From assembly GCA_022530585.1 (NCBI GenBank), contig CP092821.1, positions 70,222 to 134,221 on the forward strand: DNA of 64,000 bases, given 5' to 3'. The position numbers and the translations under genes were made by a program. The DNA is from Candidatus Nealsonbacteria bacterium DGGOD1a. GTDB lineage: Bacteria > Patescibacteriota > Minisyncoccia > Minisyncoccales > UBA5738. Below, piece after piece: positions 55,212 to 63,920 of the stretch (within the stretch, counting starts at the first letter, position 1; every line of letters begins with the position of its first letter). The notes under the pieces were generated by a model, which did not search any database, was not told where the DNA came from, and worked only from the letters and a program-made list of their open reading frames with translations.

Positions 55212-58066
55212 TTATACCCATGGAATTTAATCAGAGAATCTTTTTGTTTTTGGTATCGATTTGTTTGGTTTGCCAACCAATTTTTGCGTTTGATCAGGGA
55301 AGGATTAGCGATGCGGACGAAGAATGGTCAACGGATAGCGGTCGAATAGATCAATCTATCATCGATTCTTCAGGCGCAAATTTCAATTTATTCAATGAAG
55401 CGGTGATTTGCCACGCTGATGAGGTTTGGAGCTATGAGTTTGGAACAGTACCTAATGGCATGATCGATTCTTCAGACGCAAATTTTACTTTGCCCAACGA
55501 AGCGGTGATTTGTCATGCGGATGAAATCTGGAATAATGAATTGGCTGGTGTCCAGTTAAACGACGGTTCCGCGATTCAACAGGAAATAATTACCGGCGAG
55601 CAGGAGTGGGCGGAGAGCAGGTCAATTGACAAACAAGTTGTCATCAACGCCGGCGCGCGGCTGACGATCAAGAAGGGCGTGAAAATAACTTTTCAAAACA
55701 ATGGCTCGATTCTGGTCAACGGCGATTTGCTGGCCAAGGGAACCGTGAAGAATCCCATAGTTTTCAATGGTATGAACGGATACGCCGGAAGAATAATCAC
55801 CGTGGGAGAATCGGGCAAGGCCGATTTCAGAAACGCGGAGATTTCCACGAGCGCGATTGACGGCGGATTGCCGCCGCGGCAAACCGCGGTTTCGGTTTCC
55901 GGCGCGGGAATCTTGGAGATGCAGGCCTGTAACATCAACGGCAACGCGGCGGGAATCGAATTAAACCGCGTGAACGGCGGCAATATAAAAATCAATCGTT
56001 CGAAGTTTTTCAACAATATCGTTGATGTTGCCAATAATGATCCCGCCGCCGCAGTCTTGCCGGATTTCAAATGGAATTGGTGGGGAGATTCCGACGGACC
56101 CAATCAATCGCGCGTTACGGGAGTTGTCGATTCCGCCAACTGGGTCGCGGAAGAAAGCTTCCGCGACCCGGTAGTGGTGGTGCCGGGAATCCTTGGTTCG
56201 TGGATGAAGGATGGCAAATATGAAATTGATCCAGTGTTGCATTCTTTCGACGACTTGATCGCGCAACTGAAAGCCGCCGGTTATGTTGATGGCGTTGATT
56301 TATTTGAATTTCCCTATGAATGGCGTCAAAGCAATATCGACAGCGCGCGATTGTTGCGCGATAAGATCAATGAAATAAAAATCGAAAATAATAATTATCC
56401 CAAGATAGATATTGTTGCTCATTCCATGGGTGGACTGGTGGCGCGGCAATATATTGAATCCGCTGATTATCAAAACGATATTGATCAATTGATTACTATA
56501 GCAACGCCAAACAATGGATCGCCCGAAGTTTATTTAATACGGGAAGCGGGAGATTTAAAGCCGGGATTATTTGAATTTTTCGAAAAAAATGTTTTTATTC
56601 ACGAAGCCAAAGAAAATGGATTTCCCGATGTTTTCCCTTATGTGCGCGCTCGCATATCTTCGGTTTCGCAGATATTGCCGATTTATGATTATTTATACGA
56701 ATCCGATACGGGCGCGTTGCGTCAATATCCGGTTGGCTATCCTCGAAATGATTTTTTGGAGAATTTAAACCAAGTTGAAAAAATTAAAAAAATCAACGCG
56801 ATAGAATATGATAAAATTATTGCCAATCTTAACGAGAGCAATAGCACAATTACTGGATTTTTCATTGAGCCGACCCAGCAATATCCCAAATGGGAGCATG
56901 GCTATCCGGTAAATTACGATATTTTGGCTGGTTCAAGAGGTATGATTAAAGGAGCTGGCGACGGCACCGTGCCAATTGAATCAAGCCAGAGCGCCAATGT
57001 TCCTCAAGACGAAATTCTTGTTGAGAATTCGGAGCACATGCACGCTATCAGCAATAGCCGCCAAGATATAATTGAATTTTTGCTTGGTTATCGTATGCCC
57101 GCGGTTGGCGTTGAATGGAAAATGCCGAATTTAATGCTGGTACAGGTTTTTTCACCAGTGGACATTCAGGTGGTTGCGGCTGATGGCAAATGGGTTGGCA
57201 AAAACATTTCCAATTTACCGGTAACCGATAGAATTGCCGAGGCGTATTATACCGGTTATGATGCGCAAGCGGAATTTATTGCCATTCCCAATCCGAGCGG
57301 CGAATATAAAATTATTACACAAGGCACAAACACCGGCGATTATTCCGTGGAAGCAACGGTGATTTCGCAAAATAACGGAAATGGCCAAGCCCAAGAAGCA
57401 ACGACCACGATTCAAGGAATGGCGGTCTTGGGGAAAGTTGATCAAATGGAAATTGAAGTGAGCGATGGAAAAGTTATCGTTAATAGCGATATTTTAGCGC
57501 CGGTGATTAAAATAAACTTGCCGGAGAATGGTAAATCATATCTTAATAACCAAATTTTGCCGATAAATTATCAGGTAAGCGACAATAAAACCGCTACGGA
57601 TACAATTGAAGTCGGTATTTTTTTGGACAATGCCACAACAACCGGCAATGTTATTGATCTTGCTTTCCAAAAAACAGGCGATCACGCGTTGAAAATTGAA
57701 GCAAAAGATGAGGCGGGCAATGCAACTTCGACCGTAGCCACATTTGAAGTGTCGGCTTCAATTGATTCGATCATCGCCAATATCAATCGTTACGCGGCTA
57801 TGGGTTTGGTTAACAAGGCTGAAAAATCCATTTTGAATGTTCAAACGCAATTATTGAAAACGCAATTCCGCCTTTTGGAGCGAACCAAGAACAACCCCAG
57901 ACTTTCAGTCAAGGCCAAGGCTCTTGCGGTTTCTATTATTAGATCAACAATCAATTCGCATATTGACATAATGATCAAAGGAATCAAGAAAACAACCGCT
58001 AAGATAATTGATGCGAATGCCGCATTTTTGCTTATTGATAACTTGAGGTATATTAAGATAAAATAA
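55208..58066 (+). CDS. Large secreted protein: tandem N-terminal repeats, beta-helix-like region, alpha/beta-hydrolase (lipase/LCAT-like) domain, Ig-like region and a C-terminal helical module
   Basis: Signal peptide. Two IDSSxANFxLxNEAVICHADExW repeats. PVVVVPGILGSW and the VAHSMGGLVARQY nucleophile elbow. The C-terminal ~60 aa are homologous to ORFs 58369-58548 and 58866-59051. Confidence 0.65.
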   Translation: MIIPMEFNQRIFLFLVSICLVCQPIFAFDQGRISDADEEWSTDSGRIDQSIIDSSGANFNLFNEAVICHADEVWSYEFGTVPNGMIDSSDANFTLPNEAVICHADEIWNNELAGVQLNDGSAIQQEIITGEQEWAESRSIDKQVVINAGARLTIKKGVKITFQNNGSILVNGDLLAKGTVKNPIVFNGMNGYAGRIITVGESGKADFRNAEISTSAIDGGLPPRQTAVSVSGAGILEMQACNINGNAAGIELNRVNGGNIKINRSKFFNNIVDVANNDPAAAVLPDFKWNWWGDSDGPNQSRVTGVVDSANWVAEESFRDPVVVVPGILGSWMKDGKYEIDPVLHSFDDLIAQLKAAGYVDGVDLFEFPYEWRQSNIDSARLLRDKINEIKIENNNYPKIDIVAHSMGGLVARQYIESADYQNDIDQLITIATPNNGSPEVYLIREAGDLKPGLFEFFEKNVFIHEAKENGFPDVFPYVRARISSVSQILPIYDYLYESDTGALRQYPVGYPRNDFLENLNQVEKIKKINAIEYDKIIANLNESNSTITGFFIEPTQQYPKWEHGYPVNYDILAGSRGMIKGAGDGTVPIESSQSANVPQDEILVENSEHMHAISNSRQDIIEFLLGYRMPAVGVEWKMPNLMLVQVFSPVDIQVVAADGKWVGKNISNLPVTDRIAEAYYTGYDAQAEFIAIPNPSGEYKIITQGTNTGDYSVEATVISQNNGNGQAQEATTTIQGMAVLGKVDQMEIEVSDGKVIVNSDILAPVIKINLPENGKSYLNNQILPINYQVSDNKTATDTIEVGIFLDNATTTGNVIDLAFQKTGDHALKIEAKDEAGNATSTVATFEVSASIDSIIANINRYAAMGLVNKAEKSILNVQTQLLKTQFRLLERTKNNPRLSVKAKALAVSIIRSTINSHIDIMIKGIKKTTAKIIDANAAFLLIDNLRYIKIK

Positions 58067-58076
58067 TTATAAAAAA

Positions 58077-58367
58077 ATGATGGATGATATTGGTTTGGGC
58101 AGGGCATTGGCGAATGCGGCTTATTTGTTTCTTTTTTCTACAGCGCTTATCGGAGTATTGATTTTTTTAAAATTTGGAAAGAGGTTGTTTGCTTTTTGGT
58201 GGGTGTCGGCGATGGCCAATATTTTTGCATTTTTATATCTTTTGGGCGGGTATGGCGATTTTGTCTATATGATGCAGATAGTTGCGATGATTGCGTGGCC
58301 GATAATCAATATTGCTTGGCTATTGGATTTGATTAGAGATTATTTAAAGAACAAAAAACACAAATAA
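58077..58367 (+). CDS. Small 3-TM membrane protein with a WPIINI motif (cassette a)
   Basis: The C-terminal 55 aa are identical to 58571-58864. Confidence 0.55.
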   Translation: MMDDIGLGRALANAAYLFLFSTALIGVLIFLKFGKRLFAFWWVSAMANIFAFLYLLGGYGDFVYMMQIVAMIAWPIINIAWLLDLIRDYLKNKKHK

Positions 58368-58368
58368 A

Positions 58369-58548
58369 TTGAAACAAAATAATTCTCTGCCAACAAAAAC
58401 CAGATTGGCTTTGATAAAAACCGCTCGAATCGCGATCAACAAGCAAATTGATTTGCTGGTAAAAGAAATAAAAATGAGCGATAAGGGAATTGACGCGAAA
58501 ATTATAAAACTGCTTATTGATTCGCTGGAGAATGTTAAAATAAAATAA
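58369..58548 (+). CDS. 59-aa helical protein homologous to the C-terminus of the 952-aa protein (TTG start)
   Basis: LKQNNSLPTKTRLALIKTARIAINKQIDLLVKEI...LLIDSLENVKIK parallels ...LAVSIIRSTINSHIDIMIKGI...LLIDNLRYIKIK. Below the 60-aa ORF-track cutoff. Confidence 0.45.
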   Translation: MKQNNSLPTKTRLALIKTARIAINKQIDLLVKEIKMSDKGIDAKIIKLLIDSLENVKIK

Positions 58549-58570
58549 AATTAACAATAATAAATAAAGT

Positions 58571-58864
58571 ATGCTGGGAATATATGAAGGTATCGGCCGC
58601 ATTTTAGGTATAGCGACTTATATTTTAATCTCTCTCTTTGCTTTAATCGGCGGTTTAATTTTTTGGTATAAGAAAAAAATTTCATGGGCTTTTTGGTGGC
58701 TATCGGCGATGGCCAATATTTTTGCATTTTTATATCTTTTGGGCGGGTATGGCGATTTTGTCTATATGATGCAGATAGTTGCGATGATTGCGTGGCCGAT
58801 AATCAATATTGCTTGGCTATTGGATTTGATTAGAGATTATTTAAAGAACAAAAAACACAAATAA
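58571..58864 (+). CDS. Small 3-TM membrane protein with a WPIINI motif (cassette b)
   Basis: The N-terminal half is divergent and the C-terminal half identical to 58077-58367. Confidence 0.55.
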   Translation: MLGIYEGIGRILGIATYILISLFALIGGLIFWYKKKISWAFWWLSAMANIFAFLYLLGGYGDFVYMMQIVAMIAWPIINIAWLLDLIRDYLKNKKHK

Positions 58865-58865
58865 A

Positions 58866-59051
58866 TTGAAACAAAATAATTCTCTGCCAACAAAAACCAG
58901 ATTGGCTTTGATAAAAACCGCTCGAATCGCGATCAACAAGCAAATTGATTCGCTGGTAAAAGAGATTCAAAAATCGGCGGGCAAGGGGATCAAAATCGAT
59001 ATCGTAAATTTGTTGGTGGATTCGTTGAAATACATTAAAATAAAACCATAG
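58866..59051 (+). CDS. 61-aa helical protein homologous to the C-terminus of the 952-aa protein
   Basis: MKQNNSLPTKTRLALIKTARIAINKQIDSLVKEI...LLVDSLKYIKIKP. Confidence 0.45.
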   Translation: MKQNNSLPTKTRLALIKTARIAINKQIDSLVKEIQKSAGKGIKIDIVNLLVDSLKYIKIKP

Positions 59052-59064
59052 CAATTTAAAATAT

Positions 59065-59502
59065 ATGAATTTATTGGGTTTTTATCCCGACAAGGAGTCT
59101 GATTTTAAATTTACGGTTTTTCTTTTTGCGATCGCGGCAATGGTTTCGATTTTTGTTCTTATAAAAACTAAGGATAGAATAAAGGCCGGCAAAACTTTTT
59201 CGGTTTTGGGCAATCTTGCGTTGTTGCCTGCCGGTTGCGCGGGAACATTATCGATTTTCGGCATGTGGTGGCTTGGACTTTTTGCGGTTTACATCTGGCC
59301 GATAATCAACATTATGCTTTTCGTAAAAAGAAAAATTCTGGCATTATTCCTATGTTCAACGGCACTGAATGTGTTTTTTGCATATGTTTTCTTCGATAAT
59401 CCTCCTTATAGGCTTGGATTGTTCAGCGGTATTCTTTGGCCCGCAACCAATATCTTGCTACTGGCTTACATTCTAATCAAAAGGAAACGGAAAGGCGGAT
59501 GA
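59065..59502 (+). CDS. Multi-TM membrane protein with two WP(I/A)xNI motifs (cassette c)
   Basis: IWPIINIMLFV and ILWPATNILLLA. It looks like a duplicated version of the 96-aa proteins. Confidence 0.5.
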   Translation: MNLLGFYPDKESDFKFTVFLFAIAAMVSIFVLIKTKDRIKAGKTFSVLGNLALLPAGCAGTLSIFGMWWLGLFAVYIWPIINIMLFVKRKILALFLCSTALNVFFAYVFFDNPPYRLGLFSGILWPATNILLLAYILIKRKRKGG

Positions 59503-59545
59503 GGCAGTCTCGCGCGCATTAAAACAAGTTAAGATTGGAAACCAA

Positions 59546-60061
59546 ATGAACAAAAAAATCAAAACCACTGTAATAGCCGCGGCCATTCTGGGATTGCTGG
59601 CGTTGATATGGTTTTTCGCCGCGGACTATCTGTTCGCGTTCATTCTTTCAAAGATTTTCCCGCCCGGCCCGCCGGCGCCGACAACGCAACTGCTTCCCTG
59701 CGACGGCAATCCGGCCAGCCAAGTGGAGTTGGGGTATCCTCATATTGGCGGTTTGACCGCGGAATTTACCACTTCGGGCGGCGAAATTTATGTTGTTGCG
59801 CGAAGGTATGAACACGGAATTTTGCTCCCGAACAGAGGGGGAACCGGTATTTATGTTGGGGTTTCTACTGAATTGCCGGTTTGGGATAAGCAAAGAAGCA
59901 CGATAAGTAATGTTTACCAAGAGGTAACTGCTTTGGAAAAAGGCTACGCCGCATTAACTTTGCCCGCCGGCCGTTATTGGCTTTGGTCAAGCGCGGGCGG
60001 CGATATCGTGGTCTACAGTTGCGATCCCAATGGCGTGAGCGATCCCAAGCCGGTGCGGTAG
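59546..60061 (+). CDS. Membrane-anchored hypothetical protein
   Basis: N-terminal TM segment (VIAAAILGLLALIWFFAADYLFAFIL). No motif recognised. Confidence 0.45.
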   Translation: MNKKIKTTVIAAAILGLLALIWFFAADYLFAFILSKIFPPGPPAPTTQLLPCDGNPASQVELGYPHIGGLTAEFTTSGGEIYVVARRYEHGILLPNRGGTGIYVGVSTELPVWDKQRSTISNVYQEVTALEKGYAALTLPAGRYWLWSSAGGDIVVYSCDPNGVSDPKPVR

Positions 60062-60164
60062 GAAATAAATTTGTTTTGGTCGGAGTTGTTGGTTTTTATT
60101 CCGAAAACAAAAAAGTAAATGATGTTTTAAGTTTTTTACAAAGAGAGGGGGTGAACCCGCTTTT

Positions 60165-60344
60165 AGGCGGCTTTCCAAAATAACTTCCATACCATGCCCG
60201 CATCTTTGTTCCAGATTTAAAATTTCCTCGGTCGCAATATTTTCAATGTAGCGATCGCCACACCTCAAATATTGCTCGGTCGGAAATTTGAAATCTGGGA
60301 CAAATCTGCGGGTAATATATGGAAGTTATTTTGGAAAGCCGCCT
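60165..60344. repeat. 180-bp palindromic element: 27-bp perfect inverted repeats flanking 126 bp, upstream of the pilin gene
   Basis: aggcggctttccaaaataacttccata (60165-60191) is the exact reverse complement of tatggaagttattttggaaagccgcct (60318-60344). The interior is an imperfect palindrome centred on gcgatcgc. Confidence 0.9.
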
Positions 60345-60384
60345 TAGGCTGTTGCGGCTCTTTTTTTTGGTGTATAATCGAATA

Positions 60385-60978
60385 ATGACGGGTATTATAA
60401 AAAAAATTAAAAATCGCGCGGAAAATTTTTCATTGCCGGCCGCCCGCGGTTTCACGCTGGTGGAGATGCTGGTGGCGATCACGATATTTTCCATGTCTAT
60501 GGGCGTGGTGATGGAATTATTTCTTCATTCAATGCGTATCCAGAGAACTTTGGTGGCGCACGCCCAGCTGATCAACGAGATGTCTTACAACTTGGAACAT
60601 ATCAGCCGCGGCTTGAGAATGGCGAAAAAAAGCGCGGATTCGGCTTGTTTGTCGGCGCCGGGAAAAAATTTTGAAATAACCGCTTCCGGCGTCAAATTTC
60701 TGAATCCCAAATTGAACGGCGGGACTGAATGCGTGGAATATTATTTGAGCGGCCAAACTTTATTTGAAAGGCGCGATGCCGGGGTATGGTCTTTTAATTT
60801 GCCGCTGACTTCGCCGGATGTCAAGGTGTTGTCTTTTTCCGCGGCGGGATCGGGCTGGTCCCAGGAAGATTTTTTGCAGCCGCGGGTTACGGTGTATATC
60901 AAGGCGCAGAGCAAGGAAAACGAGATTTTGGAAAATCAAATCACGGTGTCGCAGCGCGATATTGATATCAATGAATAA
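60385..60978 (+). CDS. Type IV pilin / pseudopilin-like protein
   Basis: Prepilin N-terminal cleavage/methylation motif ARGFTLVEMLVAITIFS. An extended -10 (tgtataat, 60371-60378) lies 6 nt before the ATG. Confidence 0.75.
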   Translation: MTGIIKKIKNRAENFSLPAARGFTLVEMLVAITIFSMSMGVVMELFLHSMRIQRTLVAHAQLINEMSYNLEHISRGLRMAKKSADSACLSAPGKNFEITASGVKFLNPKLNGGTECVEYYLSGQTLFERRDAGVWSFNLPLTSPDVKVLSFSAAGSGWSQEDFLQPRVTVYIKAQSKENEILENQITVSQRDIDINE

Positions 60979-61052
60979 ATTCGCGACAATTCGCCGGGGC
61001 GGCCTCGGTTTGTTTACCGGCGGCGGATTATATAAATTTACCGATCCAAATT

Positions 61053-61496
61053 ATGTTAAATTTTGGCAAAAAAATTAATTTATTTTTGGAATTCAACCGC
61101 CGCAACGGCAGAAGAGGAATCGCGATTTATCTGGCCGCGGTGGTTCTGACGATAATCCTGGCGGTTGCTTTGGGGGTGAGCTTGCTGTCGGTTTACCAGT
61201 TAAAAAGTTTGAACGAGGCCGGAGCTTCGGTAGTGGCTTTTGCCGCGGCGGAAACCGGAGTTGAATGGTCCCTTACTTCGTGGATATCGGGTAGTTATCT
61301 GGACACGACGAATTACCAGTCGGCTTGTCCTTGGGACGCTGCAACATCAAAATATATTTGCGCCCGGAACATCGCGTTGGGCGACGCCAGTTATACCGTC
61401 GACGCGTCATTATGCGGTCCGGCCAACGAGTATTTGTGCGTCAGATCGCTGGGAAGCTATCGCAATACCCAGCGGGCGATCAGAGTCCAGATGTAA
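61053..61496 (+). CDS. PilX-N-like minor pilin / pilus assembly protein
   Basis: RRGIAIYLAAVVLTIILAVALGVSLL resembles the PilX N-terminal hydrophobic segment. Adjacent to the pilin gene. Confidence 0.5.
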   Translation: MLNFGKKINLFLEFNRRNGRRGIAIYLAAVVLTIILAVALGVSLLSVYQLKSLNEAGASVVAFAAAETGVEWSLTSWISGSYLDTTNYQSACPWDAATSKYICARNIALGDASYTVDASLCGPANEYLCVRSLGSYRNTQRAIRVQM

Positions 61497-61573
61497 ATTT
61501 TGATTCTTTTGGTTGATGGCGGGGTTAATACCCCGATCGCGGACTCGAATGGAAAATATAAAATTTATTTTGC

Positions 61574-63634
61574 ATGTCTAAACAAGAAGCTAAAGAACGG
61601 ATCGCGAAATTGGCCAGACTTATCAATCATTACCGCTACGCGTATCATATACTTGACAAGCCGGAAATTTCGGATGAGGCGCTTGATTCCTTGAAAAAGG
61701 AACTTTTTGATTTGGAGGCGCTTTGGCCCGATCTTGTTTCGCCGGATTCGCCGACGCAGCGCGTGGCCGGACGGCCTCTGGCGAAGTTTACCAAATACAG
61801 CCATAAATCGCCGATGATTTCATTTAACGACGCGTTTTCCGCGCAGGATATAAACGATTGGCTTGATCGCGCCAAGCGATTGTTATCGGACGCCGAAATC
61901 AAAAAAATCGATTTTTTTTGCGAGCCGAAACTCGACGGATTGGCGATAGAGCTGATTTATGAGAATGGCAGTTTGAAAGTCGGCGCCACCCGCGGCGATG
62001 GCCGTATCGGCGAGAATGTCACTCAAAATTTGAAAACGATCGAAGCCATACCCTTGCGTTTGCGTTCCGCCGATGAGATTGTCGCCGGATTGCGCGCGAG
62101 CGGATTGAAAAAAATGGCCGCCGCCGCGGGCAACGGATTGAAAGAAGTGATTGTGCGCGGCGAGGTGGTTATCACCGCGCGCGAGTTCGACCGGATCAAT
62201 AAAAAACAAATGGAGAATGGTTTGCCGCAATTTGCCAATCCCCGCAATCTGGCCGCCGGATCGATTCGCCAGCTTGATCCGAAGATTACCGCTTCCCGCC
62301 ATCTGGATTCGAATTGTTACGCGCTGGTTAGCGATTACGGACAGATTACCCACGAGGAAGAGCATAAATTTTTGGAGATTGCCGGTTTTAAAACAAACAA
62401 TAAATTCAGCAAGTATTGCCCGGCGTTGGCCGATGTTTTCGCTTTCCATGAATATTGGTATAAAAATCGCAAAAATCTGCCCTATGAGATTGACGGTATC
62501 GTGGTGGCGATTAACGATAATGCCATTTTTAAAAAACTGGGCGTGGCGGGCAAGGCGCCGCGGGGCGCGATCGCGTATAAATTTCCGTTGAAACAAACAA
62601 CAACGATCGTGGAAGATATTTTGGTGCAGGTGGGCCGGACCGGCGCGCTGACGCCGGTGGCGGTTTTGAGTCCGGTGGCCGTGGGCGGAGTGATGATTTC
62701 CCGGGCGACTTTGCACAACGAGGATGAAATCCGCCGGCTCGGGTTGAAGATCGGCGACACGGTGGTGGTGGGCCGCGCCGGCGATGTGATTCCGGATATT
62801 TTAAAAGTTTTGCCCGAATTGCGGACCGGCCGGGAGCGCGAATTTAGAATGCCCGAAACCTGTCCGATTTGCGGCGGACGCGTCGCGAAAAAAGAAAGCG
62901 AGGCGGTTTGGCGGTGCGCCAATCTTGAATGTTTCGCCGTTCAGAAAAGAAATTTGGATCATTTTGTTTCCCGGGCGGCTTTCAATATCGACGGCATGGG
63001 TCCCAAGATTATCGAACATTTGATTGACGAGGGCTTGATTCGCGACGCGGCCGATATTTTTAATCTTAAAGAAGGCGATCTTGTTCCTTTGGAACGGTTC
63101 GCGGAAAAATCCGCTAAAAATCTGGTGGAAGCGATAAACCAAAAAAAGCGGATAACTTTGCCGCGTTTTGTTTACGCTTTGGGGATTCGCAACGCGGGCG
63201 AGCAGACCAGCCGCGCTTTAAGCGACAGCTTTGGCAGTTTTGAAAAAATTAGAACCGCTTCTTTGGAGGATTTGCGGGCAGTGGCGGACATCGGTCCGGT
63301 GGTGGCGGAATCAATTCGCGAGTGGTTTGCCAAGCCTGAAAATTTGAGATTGATCGATAAGTTTTTTGATGTCGGGATTAAAATCGAGCCGTACAAAAAG
63401 GCGGATGGCAGATTGCGAGGCTTGAGCTTTGTGATTACCGGCACGCTTGAATCAATGAGCCGCCAGAACGCCAAGGACATTGTGCGCGAATTGGGTGGCG
63501 CGGCGGCGGAGACGGTGTCAAAAAACACCGATTATCTGGTCGCGGGCGAGAATCCCGGATCAAAATTCGCCAAAGCGCGAAAATTGGGAGTGAAGATTAT
63601 CGACGAAAAAGAATTTAAAAAAATAACAAGTTGA
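61574..63634 (+). CDS. ligA: NAD-dependent DNA ligase
   Basis: Adenylation motif CEPKLDGLA, OB fold, Zn finger CPICGGRV...CANLEC, HhH region, BRCT C-terminus. Confidence 0.95.
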   Translation: MSKQEAKERIAKLARLINHYRYAYHILDKPEISDEALDSLKKELFDLEALWPDLVSPDSPTQRVAGRPLAKFTKYSHKSPMISFNDAFSAQDINDWLDRAKRLLSDAEIKKIDFFCEPKLDGLAIELIYENGSLKVGATRGDGRIGENVTQNLKTIEAIPLRLRSADEIVAGLRASGLKKMAAAAGNGLKEVIVRGEVVITAREFDRINKKQMENGLPQFANPRNLAAGSIRQLDPKITASRHLDSNCYALVSDYGQITHEEEHKFLEIAGFKTNNKFSKYCPALADVFAFHEYWYKNRKNLPYEIDGIVVAINDNAIFKKLGVAGKAPRGAIAYKFPLKQTTTIVEDILVQVGRTGALTPVAVLSPVAVGGVMISRATLHNEDEIRRLGLKIGDTVVVGRAGDVIPDILKVLPELRTGREREFRMPETCPICGGRVAKKESEAVWRCANLECFAVQKRNLDHFVSRAAFNIDGMGPKIIEHLIDEGLIRDAADIFNLKEGDLVPLERFAEKSAKNLVEAINQKKRITLPRFVYALGIRNAGEQTSRALSDSFGSFEKIRTASLEDLRAVADIGPVVAESIREWFAKPENLRLIDKFFDVGIKIEPYKKADGRLRGLSFVITGTLESMSRQNAKDIVRELGGAAAETVSKNTDYLVAGENPGSKFAKARKLGVKIIDEKEFKKITS

Positions 63635-63694
63635 CCGTTGCCGGACTTTTGCGGCCGTATTGCCATAATTTGTTTCAAATTCGTTTTTTCAATG

Positions 63695-63765
63695 AGCGGG
63701 CAGCGGGATTTGCACCCGCGCCGAAACCTTGGAAGGGTTTCGTGCTGCTGCTACACTATGCCCGC
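63695..63765 (-). tRNA. tRNA-Gly (anticodon TCC)
   Basis: Reverse complement: acceptor gcgggca/tgcccgc, anticodon stem gaaacc/ggtttc with loop ctTCCaa, T-loop ggtgcaaatcc. Confidence 0.85.
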
Positions 63766-63849
63766 CTTCGGTTTGCCGAAGCGAACCTTTGGCGAGGCGA
63801 AGCCCGCCGATAGGTTCGCGAAGGCGACCTTCGCGATTGTATTTTTTTG

Positions 63850-63920
63850 TCGGGGCGCCCGGATTCGAACCGGGACCAAATCCTCCCAAAGGACTCATGC
63901 TGCCGTTGCACTACGCCCCG
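63850..63920 (-). tRNA. tRNA-Pro (anticodon TGG)
   Basis: Reverse complement: acceptor cggggcg/cgccccg, anticodon stem agtcc/ggatt with loop ttTGGga (G37), T-arm cccgg-ttcgaat-ccggg. Confidence 0.85.

Noticed and set aside
60970-61078. Short ORF MNKFATIRRGGLGLFTGGGLYKFTDPNYVKFWQKN between the two pilin-like genes.
   Set aside because: It is only 35 codons, overlaps the stop of the pilin gene and the start of the next gene, and has no supporting motif.
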